This document shows positions 43,951 to 53,839 of a stretch of DNA of 53,839 nt, piece by piece. A program made the translations under genes and the position numbers. Source of the stretch: Gammaproteobacteria bacterium (GTDB lineage: Bacteria > Pseudomonadota > Gammaproteobacteria > SURF-13); NCBI GenBank assembly GCA_038924245.1, contig JBCKVB010000005.1, positions 1 to 53,839 on the forward strand. The letters are read 5' to 3'. The number at the start of each line of letters is the position of its first letter. The first letter of the stretch is position 1. The notes below the pieces were generated by a model. The model was not told the DNA's origin and did no database searches. It saw only the letters and a program-made list of their open reading frames with translations.

Positions 43951-44820
43951 ATGATTGATACCATGCAGGCGTCTCCATGGCTGTTTGTTTTGTCCACCGG
44001 CGTGCTGGGGCTGGTGGTGGGCAGCTTTCTGAATGTAGTCATACACCGCCTGCCGCGGATGATGCAGCGCGACTGGCGGGCGCAGTGCCGGGAACTGCTC
44101 GAACTGCCGGATGAGTCCGCTGAACCGTTGCGTTTCAACCTCCTTGTTCCGCGCTCGCGCTGTCCGCACTGCGGACACGGCATCACGGCGCTGGAGAACA
44201 TTCCGCTGCTGAGCTACCTCGCGCTCAAAGGAAAGTGTTCCGCCTGCGGCGCGCGCATCTCACCGCGTTACCCGGCGGTGGAACTGCTGACCGCGCTGTT
44301 GTCCATGACGGTGGCCGCGCATTTCGGTTTTGGCTGGATCAGCGCGGCGGCGTTGGTGCTTACCTGGGCCTTGATCGCCCTTACCTTCATTGACTTCGAT
44401 CATCAATTGCTGCCCGATTCCATCACGCTGCCGCTGCTGTGGTGCGGGCTTTTGCTCAGTTTGTCCGGTGTGTTTGTGGACAGCCGAAGCGCGATCATCG
44501 GCGCGGCGGCGGGTTATCTGACACTGTGGGCGGTGTACTGGTTGTTTAAATGGGTCACCGGCAAGGAAGGCATGGGGCAGGGGGACTTCAAACTGCTCGC
44601 CCTGCTGGGCGCCTGGCTCGGCTGGCAGGCGCTGCCGGTGGTGATACTGTTATCCTCCCTGGTCGGTGCGGCGGTGGGCCTCAGCATGGTGTTGTTTCTG
44701 GGGCGCGACAAAAATATTCCCATCCCGTTTGGCCCTTATCTCGCGGCGGCGGGCTGGCTGGCGCTGATCTGGGGGGAGGAGCTGACGGGCGCTTACCTGC
44801 GCCTGGCGGGTCTTGCCTGA
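43951..44820 (+). CDS. pilD: Prepilin peptidase / N-methyltransferase
   Basis: GSFLNVVIHRLP, CPHC..CSAC, GMGQGDFKL, IPFGPYLA; start placed after the repeat. Confidence 0.95.
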   Translation: MIDTMQASPWLFVLSTGVLGLVVGSFLNVVIHRLPRMMQRDWRAQCRELLELPDESAEPLRFNLLVPRSRCPHCGHGITALENIPLLSYLALKGKCSACGARISPRYPAVELLTALLSMTVAAHFGFGWISAAALVLTWALIALTFIDFDHQLLPDSITLPLLWCGLLLSLSGVFVDSRSAIIGAAAGYLTLWAVYWLFKWVTGKEGMGQGDFKLLALLGAWLGWQALPVVILLSSLVGAAVGLSMVLFLGRDKNIPIPFGPYLAAAGWLALIWGEELTGAYLRLAGLA

Positions 44821-44826
44821 CGGCGC

Positions 44827-45498
44827 TTGATGTTTGTCGTAGGACTCACGGGCGGCATCGGCGCGGGCAAGTCCATAGTGGCGGAGTTGTTCCGCGCGCA
44901 GGGCGTGCCGGTGCTGGACGCCGATGTCATCGCCAGGGAATTGGTGCAGAAGGGCAAGCCCGCGCTGACGCGCCTCGTGGCGCTGTTTGGGCGCGAGATA
45001 CTGGATGATAACGGCGCGCTCAATCGCGCCAGGCTACGCGCCCTGGTGTTCGGCGATGCGGCGGTCGCTCCCGGCGTCCTGCCTCCCGCGACACTGGCAC
45101 ATCCGTGTGCGGCGTGGCGCAGGCAACTGGAGGCGCTACTGCACCCCTTGATTCATGAGGAAATGCAAGTCCGCTTGACGCAACTCAAGACGCCCTACTG
45201 TATCGTGTGCATACCTTTACTGGTCGAGACCGGGTGGACGGCCAGCGTGCAGCGCGTACTGGTGATAGATGCCCCGGAGGAGCTGCGCCGCCGCCGCGTC
45301 GTGGCGCGTGATGGTTTGAGCGCGGCGGAGTTCAACGCCATCCTGGCCGCCCAGGCCGGCCGTGACGAGCGGCTCGCCGCGGCGGACGACGTGATCGTCA
45401 ATGATGGCGGACGTGATATGCTCAAGCAGCGGGTAGGCGAGCTGCACCGCCACTATTCGCAACTGGCGGCCGCCATCTCCACCTCCGGCAAAGTATAA
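44827..45498 (+). CDS. coaE: Dephospho-CoA kinase (with in-frame repeat insertion)
   Basis: VGLTGGIGAGKS, DADVIAR, LLHPLI, IPLLVE. Confidence 0.95.
   Translation: MMFVVGLTGGIGAGKSIVAELFRAQGVPVLDADVIARELVQKGKPALTRLVALFGREILDDNGALNRARLRALVFGDAAVAPGVLPPATLAHPCAAWRRQLEALLHPLIHEEMQVRLTQLKTPYCIVCIPLLVETGWTASVQRVLVIDAPEELRRRRVVARDGLSAAEFNAILAAQAGRDERLAAADDVIVNDGGRDMLKQRVGELHRHYSQLAAAISTSGKV
45063..45110 (-). repeat. Intragenic repeat family, 48-bp unit, in coaE
   Basis: Read as [16 protein letters not shown]. Confidence 0.92.
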
Positions 45499-45535
45499 TG
45501 ACGACAGCCATGACACATCTTACAGAGACATTTGA

Positions 45536-46303
45536 GTGATCGAGCAGGTTTTCTATGAACAACCGCTGAGCGAGCGCATACGCGCCTTTCTGCGTCTGGA
45601 GCTGTTGTTTCTTCAAGCCAATCACACCCTACTCGGCGCCAGCCCGTTGGACAGCCGCGTTACTCTTTCCACGCTGTTTGAGATTCTCAACGTCATGGGC
45701 CGCGCCGACCTCAAGGGGGAGATGTTAAAGGAGCTGGAACGGCACGGCGCCGCGCTCACCCGTCTGGAGCAGGTGCCGGAGGTGGATCAACAGCGGCTCA
45801 ATCAAATACTCGATCAACTGGATGCGCAAGTAGACCGCCTGCACGCCGTCGAAGGCCAGCTTGGCCAGACATTGCGCCAGAATGAATTTATTAACAGCAT
45901 CCGGCAGCGCACCAGCATTCCCGGCGGCACCTGTGATTTTGATCTGCCGGCCTATCATTTCTGGCTGGAGCGCCCGGTGGCGGAACGCCTGCGTGATTTA
46001 CAGGAGTGGTTGAATACTTTGGACCCGGTGCGCAGCGCCGTAGCGTTGATATTGAGCCTGATCCGCGAAAGCGCCGCACCGAGCCGGGAGCTCGCGTGCG
46101 CGGGCTTCCTGCAAAAATCGCTGGATGCGGATATTCCCTGTCAACTGGTGCGCGTCGGTGTGCCGCTCACGCTGCCTTACTATGCCGAAATCAGCGGCGG
46201 CAAACACCGCATCACGGTGCGTTTCATGGAGTACGTCAAGGATGGCCGCGCCGCGCAGGCCGCGCAAGATGTGGAGTTTGGTCTGTACTGTTGCCTGATA
46301 TAA
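45536..46303 (+). CDS. zapD: Cell division protein ZapD
   Basis: YEQPLSERIRAFLRLE, IPGGTCDFDLP, EISGGKHR; follows coaE. Confidence 0.93.
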   Translation: MIEQVFYEQPLSERIRAFLRLELLFLQANHTLLGASPLDSRVTLSTLFEILNVMGRADLKGEMLKELERHGAALTRLEQVPEVDQQRLNQILDQLDAQVDRLHAVEGQLGQTLRQNEFINSIRQRTSIPGGTCDFDLPAYHFWLERPVAERLRDLQEWLNTLDPVRSAVALILSLIRESAAPSRELACAGFLQKSLDADIPCQLVRVGVPLTLPYYAEISGGKHRITVRFMEYVKDGRAAQAAQDVEFGLYCCLI

Positions 46304-46304
46304 A

Positions 46305-46331
46305 GGAACCTCTAACTTAATCAGAGGTTCC
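46305..46331. repeat. Collapsed MITE (two ends only) between convergent zapD and Nudix genes
   Basis: GGAACCTCT-AACTTAATC-AGAGGTTCC; encodes the final GNL* of the Nudix gene. Confidence 0.7.
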
Positions 46332-47412
46332 CCAGTATCCGCGCGGCCACCTCTTCCGGCTGAGGCGCATCCCATAGCGCGCTACGCACGGCGATGCCTT
46401 GCGCGCCGTGCCGGAAGGCGAGCGCCAGGTGTTCCGCTTGCGCCAGCCAGGGACGGCTTAGTGTCGGTCGCTTCCGGCGTCCTGCCTCCCGCGACATTCG
46501 TACGTCCCTGTACAGCACGGGAGAGACGGGCGGGACGCCGGGAGCGACCATCCCGCCCAAGGCATAAACCGGCAGCGTGGCGAGTTCCGTCAAACGTTGC
46601 AGGCCTTGCCAGCCGAGCGCTACGGCGCCGGGATGGGTAGGCGTGGGGAGCACTGGGGCCACCACCGCGAAGTCGGCGTGGATGCGCATCGCGTGTTCAA
46701 GCTCCGCCTGGTTGTGACACGAGGCCGCTACCCAATGACGCTCACCGAGCGGACGCCGGTCCAGCTCCAGCAGGCGTGCGCCGGTCAGATGCACGCCGTG
46801 CGCCCCGATCTCATTAACCAGCGCGGGCGCGGCGTTGAGCAAAAGCCGTGCGTCATAAGGCGCGCACAATTCGAGCGCTTGTTGCACCAGTTTCCGGTAA
46901 TGTTTTTCATCCAGGGTTTTGGCGCGCAACTGAATCAGGCGCACACCGCCCTGGAGGCAGCGTTCCAGCCGGTCCAGAAAGGCCCTGTCGTCCTGTTCCG
47001 GTTCGCCGGTAATAAGATAGAGCACCGGCAGCCGCACGGCGTTTATGATGGGCAGGTTGGCGGCGGGATAATCCCGTTGCGATAGCTTGTCTTGCGCCAC
47101 CCATTCGATGCGTTGGCCTTCCCTGGAGTGCGGCTCACCGAGAAACTGATCCACGCGCCACACATCAAGCAAAACAGATTTATCCGGATAATGATGCGGA
47201 ATACGTATCAGGGGACGGGCGCGCGTGATGGTGATGCCAAGCTCTTCATGCAGCTCGCGCTTGAGCGCCTCCAGCACCTGCTCTGTATCTTCCACCTTGC
47301 CGCCGGGAAATTCCCACAGCCCGCCTTGATGTTTGTGCGCGGGACGCAGCGCAAGCAACACCTCGCCACGCCGGTTGAAGATGGCCGCCGCCGCGACGTG
47401 CTGATAGCTCAC
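46321..47412 (-). CDS. MutT-like Nudix hydrolase fused to a thiamine-phosphate-synthase-like domain (with in-frame repeat insertion)
   Basis: HQGGLWEFPGGKVE..ALKRELHEELGI Nudix box; IQLRAK, GVHL, ASCH, PVYALGG. Confidence 0.9.
   Translation of the reverse strand: MSYQHVAAAAIFNRRGEVLLALRPAHKHQGGLWEFPGGKVEDTEQVLEALKRELHEELGITITRARPLIRIPHHYPDKSVLLDVWRVDQFLGEPHSREGQRIEWVAQDKLSQRDYPAANLPIINAVRLPVLYLITGEPEQDDRAFLDRLERCLQGGVRLIQLRAKTLDEKHYRKLVQQALELCAPYDARLLLNAAPALVNEIGAHGVHLTGARLLELDRRPLGERHWVAASCHNQAELEHAMRIHADFAVVAPVLPTPTHPGAVALGWQGLQRLTELATLPVYALGGMVAPGVPPVSPVLYRDVRMSREAGRRKRPTLSRPWLAQAEHLALAFRHGAQGIAVRSALWDAPQPEEVAARILGNL
46445..46549. repeat. Intragenic repeat family, 105-bp nested variant, in the Nudix/ThiE gene
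   Basis: Read as VAPGVPPVSPVLYRDVRMSREAGRRKRPTLSRPW. Confidence 0.92.
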
Positions 47413-47426
47413 CTGCTGTTTACGCC

Positions 47427-47531
47427 GTACACGGATGTGTCAGTGTCGGTCGCTTCCGGCGTCCTGCCTCCCGCGACATTCGTACGTCCCTGTACAGCAC
47501 GGGAGAGACGGGCAGGACGCCGGGAGCGACC
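47427..47531. repeat. Repeat family, 105-bp nested variant, intergenic between argJ and the Nudix gene
   Basis: Near-identical to 46445-46549 except for the terminal hairpin stem. Confidence 0.92.
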
Positions 47532-47534
47532 CAA

Positions 47535-48755
47535 TCAGCTGCGATACTCTGCGTTGATGCGCACATAGTCATAGGAGAAGTCACAAGTCCACACCGTGCT
47601 GCTGTGCACACCGCGTTTTAAGTCCACGCGCACGCGGATTTCATCGGCGCTCATCGCCTGCTTGCCCTGCGCCTCGGTATAGTCCGGCGCGCGTGCGCCG
47701 TTGCGCACAATGCACGCTTCGCCCAAATGGAGGGTGATGCGTTCCAGGTCAAGATCGGCGATTCCGGCTCGTCCCACGGCGGCGAGGATGCGCCCCCAGT
47801 TGGGGTCGGAGGCGAAGAACGCGGTTTTCACCAGGGGCGAGTGGGCGATGGTGTAGGCCACGCGGGCGCATTCCTCTTCGCTCGCGCCGCCGCTGACCTC
47901 GATGGTGATGAACTTGGTCGCGCCTTCGCCGTCGCGCACGATGGCCTGCGCCAGCTCCACGCAGATTTCCGTGATGGCGCTCGCCAAGGTTTTGTAAACG
48001 GCGCTCGCGCTGTCCGTGATGCGCGGCAAGCGGCTTGTGCCCGTGGCGATCAATACGCAGGCATCATTGGTCGAGGTGTCGCCGTCCACCGTGATGCGGT
48101 TAAACGATACCTTCGCGGCATCGTTCAGACAGTGTTGCAAGATGTCCGGTGCGACATCGGCGTCGGTGGCGATGAAGGCGAGCATGGTCGCCATATCGGG
48201 GCGGATCATGCCGGAGCCTTTGGCGATGCCGGTAATCGTGACCGGATGGCCGTGGAGTGTGAGTTGGCGTGATATGCCTTTTGGCACAGTGTCCGTGGTC
48301 ATGATGCCGTGTGCGGCGTCTTCCCAGCCCGTAGCGCTCAGCTTGGCAAATGCATCGGGAAGTCCCTGCGCGATTTTCTCCACCGGCAGGGCCTCGCCGA
48401 TCACGCCGGTGGAGAAGGGCAGCACCTCGCTCGTCGTGCAACCCGCGAGCCTGGCCAGAGCCGCGCAACACGCCTCGGTATCGCGCAAGCCCTGTGCGCC
48501 GGTGCCCGCATTGGCGTTGCCGGTATTAATCAGCAGATAGCGCGGCGCGGTTTGCGTGAAATGCTTGCGCGCGAGGATTACCGGCGCGGCGCAAAAGGCG
48601 TTTTGCGTGAACACGGCGGCGCAGCTTGCGCCGGGAGTGATTTCCATCACCACCAGGTCACGCCGCCCCGGTTTCTTGATCCCTGCGCTCGTCGTGCCCA
48701 GGCGCAGCCCGGCTACCGGGTGCAAAGCGGACAACGCCTTGAGACCTACCGCCAA
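47535..48755 (-). CDS. argJ: Bifunctional ornithine acetyltransferase / N-acetylglutamate synthase
   Basis: [41 protein letters not shown]; TTG start (MAVGL) inferred after GAGGGA. Confidence 0.96.
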   Translation of the reverse strand: MAVGLKALSALHPVAGLRLGTTSAGIKKPGRRDLVVMEITPGASCAAVFTQNAFCAAPVILARKHFTQTAPRYLLINTGNANAGTGAQGLRDTEACCAALARLAGCTTSEVLPFSTGVIGEALPVEKIAQGLPDAFAKLSATGWEDAAHGIMTTDTVPKGISRQLTLHGHPVTITGIAKGSGMIRPDMATMLAFIATDADVAPDILQHCLNDAAKVSFNRITVDGDTSTNDACVLIATGTSRLPRITDSASAVYKTLASAITEICVELAQAIVRDGEGATKFITIEVSGGASEEECARVAYTIAHSPLVKTAFFASDPNWGRILAAVGRAGIADLDLERITLHLGEACIVRNGARAPDYTEAQGKQAMSADEIRVRVDLKRGVHSSTVWTCDFSYDYVRINAEYRS

Positions 48756-48765
48756 AGTGTGTCCC

Positions 48766-51480
<2,715 letters not shown>

Positions 51481-51568
51481 GTTGTATATGATAATGGATA
51501 GTGTGGATTGAGAGAGACGAGGGCGTGATGAATTATAGGGATAATGCCGCCACAGGGCGCGCCGCGCG

Positions 51569-51871
51569 GTGAGTTTACCACGTTCCTTAAAAGAGGTGCT
51601 GAGCGGGGCGCCGGGTTTGGCCGGGCTGCTGGGCGCGGCGCGGCGCGCTGGACAGTACCATCAGATGGTGCAACAGCGGATCGGGGAGCCGCTCAAGCAA
51701 CACTGCCGGGTGGCCACGCTGCGCGGCGAGGTGCTGGTATTACTGGCGGATTCGCCGGCATGGGCGGCGCGGCTGCGCTTTGAAGCACCCGCGCTGCTCG
51801 AGCGGCTGGCAACGGAGCCCGCGCTGCGCGGCGTCAAGGCGATACAGGTGAAGGTGAGCGTACCGTCCTGA
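51569..51871 (+). CDS. DUF721/DciA-family protein
   Basis: [16 protein letters not shown] motif; typical divergent position between lpxC and secA. Confidence 0.8.
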   Translation: MSLPRSLKEVLSGAPGLAGLLGAARRAGQYHQMVQQRIGEPLKQHCRVATLRGEVLVLLADSPAWAARLRFEAPALLERLATEPALRGVKAIQVKVSVPS

Positions 51872-51880
51872 CGGCGCGCT

Positions 51881-52795
51881 TTAAGAAGCCGCCGTGACCG
51901 GCCGGCTGTAGGAAATCGGCGCCTGCGCGGGATCCTTGAACGTCACCGTCTCCCACGCGCTCTGGTTGGCCGTCAAGGCTCTAAGCAGCTTGTTGTTCAA
52001 CTGGTGGCCCGACTTGTGGCCGTTGAACGCGCCGATCAGGCTGTGCCCCAGCAGATACAGATCGCCGATGGCGTCCAGCATCTTGTGGCGCACGAACTCG
52101 TCTTCATAGCGCAGGCCGTCTTCGTTCAGGATGCGGTAATCGTCCATCACGATGGCGTTGTCCATGCTGCCGCCCAGAGCGAGGCCCTGGCTCTGCAACA
52201 GCTCGACCTCGCGCATGAAGCCGAAGGTGCGCGCGCGGCTCACCTCCTTCACGAACGAGGTGGTGGAGAAATCCACGGTGGCGGCGCGGCGGCGGCCTCT
52301 GAACACCGGGTGATCGAAATCTATGCTGAAGGAAACCTTGAAGCCCTCATAGGGCGCGAAACACGCGCGCTTGTCGCCGTCTTCCACCTCGACCCGGCGC
52401 TTGATGCGGATGAAGCGCTTGGGCGCGTTCTGTTCTTCAATGCCGGCGGACTGGATCAGGAACACGAACGGACCCGCGCTGCCGTCCATGATCGGCACCT
52501 CGGCGGCGCTTAAATCTATATAGGCGTTGTCCACGCCGAGGCCCGCGAGCGCCGACAGCAGGTGCTCCACGGTGGAGACGCGTACCTCGCCCTTTACCAA
52601 GGTGGTGGACAGGCGCGTGTCACCCACGTTTTCCAGGCGCGCGGCGATCTCGACCGGCTCGGACAGGTCAACGCGGCGGAACACGATACCGGTATCCACC
52701 GCCGCTGGACGCAGGGTGAGGTAAACCTTTTCTCCGGTGTGCAGGCCGACGCCGGTGGCCCTGATAACGTTACGCAGCGTGCGCTGTTTTATCAT
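51881..52795 (-). CDS. lpxC: UDP-3-O-acyl-N-acetylglucosamine deacetylase
   Basis: [39 protein letters not shown]. Confidence 0.97.
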   Translation of the reverse strand: MIKQRTLRNVIRATGVGLHTGEKVYLTLRPAAVDTGIVFRRVDLSEPVEIAARLENVGDTRLSTTLVKGEVRVSTVEHLLSALAGLGVDNAYIDLSAAEVPIMDGSAGPFVFLIQSAGIEEQNAPKRFIRIKRRVEVEDGDKRACFAPYEGFKVSFSIDFDHPVFRGRRRAATVDFSTTSFVKEVSRARTFGFMREVELLQSQGLALGGSMDNAIVMDDYRILNEDGLRYEDEFVRHKMLDAIGDLYLLGHSLIGAFNGHKSGHQLNNKLLRALTANQSAWETVTFKDPAQAPISYSRPVTAAS

Positions 52796-52976
52796 TATTG
52801 TTCTTGCCCCCCCAAAAAATCCCATGGCCCATGGACGGCTTTCCGCCGGATTTATGCCAAGCAGAATAACACGGTCAAGTCTCCTTGACCAGCACTTTTT
52901 AGGCCAAGTCCATGATTTCTTTAATGTATGGGCATTCACGGGGGCCGGGCGCCTGATTGTGCCATCTGGGCCGCCT

Positions 52977-53839
52977 TTAATCCGCCTGGCGGCGCAAAAA
53001 GGCCGGGATGTCCAGGTACTCCGGGCTGCCCTCTCGGGCGCCGTTGCCCGGCTGGCGCATCACGGTGGGGCGATCATAATCCACCGCCGCGGAGCTGGTT
53101 CTGGGCACCACCAGCTTCATCGGCCGGTCTTCCTGGCGCGCTTGCGCGCCTAGGCCGGTGGCGACCACGGTCACGCGCAGTTCGTCGGCGAGATCGGGGT
53201 CGAGCACGGTGCCGACCACTACCGTGGCGTTGTCCGAGGCGAGGTCTTTGACCGTGTTGCCCACCTCTGCGAATTCGCCGATGGACAGGTTGAGTCCGGC
53301 GGTGACGTTCACCAGGATGCCGCGCGCGCCCGCGAGGCTGATGTTCTCCAGCAACGGGCTGGCAATCGCGGCTTCGGCCGCCCTGCGCGCGCGATTCTCG
53401 CCCGAGGCCGTGCCGGTGCCCATCATGGCCATGCCCATCTCGGACATCACGGTGCGCACGTCGGCGAAGTCCACGTTGATCAGGCCGGGGCGGGTGATGA
53501 GTTCGGCGATGCCCTGTACCGCGCCGAGCAGCACGTCGTTGGCCGCCTTGAACGCCTCCAGCAGGCTGATGTTTTTGCCCAGCACGGTGAGCAGCTTTTC
53601 ATTGGGGATGGTGATGAGCGAGTCCACGTACTGCGCCAGCTCCTTTATGCCCGCCTCGGCGATGTGCATGCGCTTGTCGCCTTCGAAGGGGAACGGCTTG
53701 GTGACCACCGCGACGGTGAGGATGCCCATCTCCTTGGCGATCTGCGCCACCACCGGCGCGGCGCCGGTGCCGGTGCCGCCGCCCATGCCGGCGGTGATGA
53801 ACAGCATGTCCGCGCCCGCGATCACTTCCATGATGCGCT
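52977..53839 (-). CDS. ftsZ: Cell division protein FtsZ (5' end outside the window)
   Basis: [23 protein letters not shown]-terminal [12 protein letters not shown]. Confidence 0.98.
   Translation of the reverse strand, partial: RIMEVIAGADMLFITAGMGGGTGTGAAPVVAQIAKEMGILTVAVVTKPFPFEGDKRMHIAEAGIKELAQYVDSLITIPNEKLLTVLGKNISLLEAFKAANDVLLGAVQGIAELITRPGLINVDFADVRTVMSEMGMAMMGTGTASGENRARRAAEAAIASPLLENISLAGARGILVNVTAGLNLSIGEFAEVGNTVKDLASDNATVVVGTVLDPDLADELRVTVVATGLGAQARQEDRPMKLVVPRTSSAAVDYDRPTVMRQPGNGAREGSPEYLDIPAFLRRQAD

Overview
This is a GC-rich gammaproteobacterial core-genome segment. Gene order: ybeY-corC-lnt-leuS-lptE-holA-proA-nadD-rsfS-rlmH-rng-yhdP; a cytochrome c lipoprotein; lepA-lepB-DUF4845-rnc-era-recO-pdxJ-acpS-cysM-exonuclease-rlmD; purL, bamC, dapA; pilBCD-coaE-zapD; Nudix/ThiE, argJ, secA, DUF721, lpxC, partial ftsZ. 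The main unusual signal is a modular repeat with a 48-bp core at 13 loci. Ten copies sit in-frame inside housekeeping proteins (nadD, yhdP x3, recO, purL x2, bamC, coaE, Nudix), two form new C-termini (pdxJ, exonuclease) and one is intergenic. Its size variants (48/66/84/96/105 bp) are all multiples of 3, one variant is a copy nested inverted inside another copy, and five of six reading frames are translated. It carries a covarying C-ANGGAN-G hairpin that matches the CsrA/RsmA site and recurs in other intergenic repeats here. Also present: a ~7-kb cAMP-signalling/surface-protein islet bounded by an exact 331-bp duplication of the yhdP 3' end with transposase and cheR remnants, a C9 frameshift in yhdP, an IS5-type MITE with collapsed derivatives, an ERIC-like element, heptamer repeats and a probable CTG start for rlmH. 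All calls come from reading the sequence; no searches were run.
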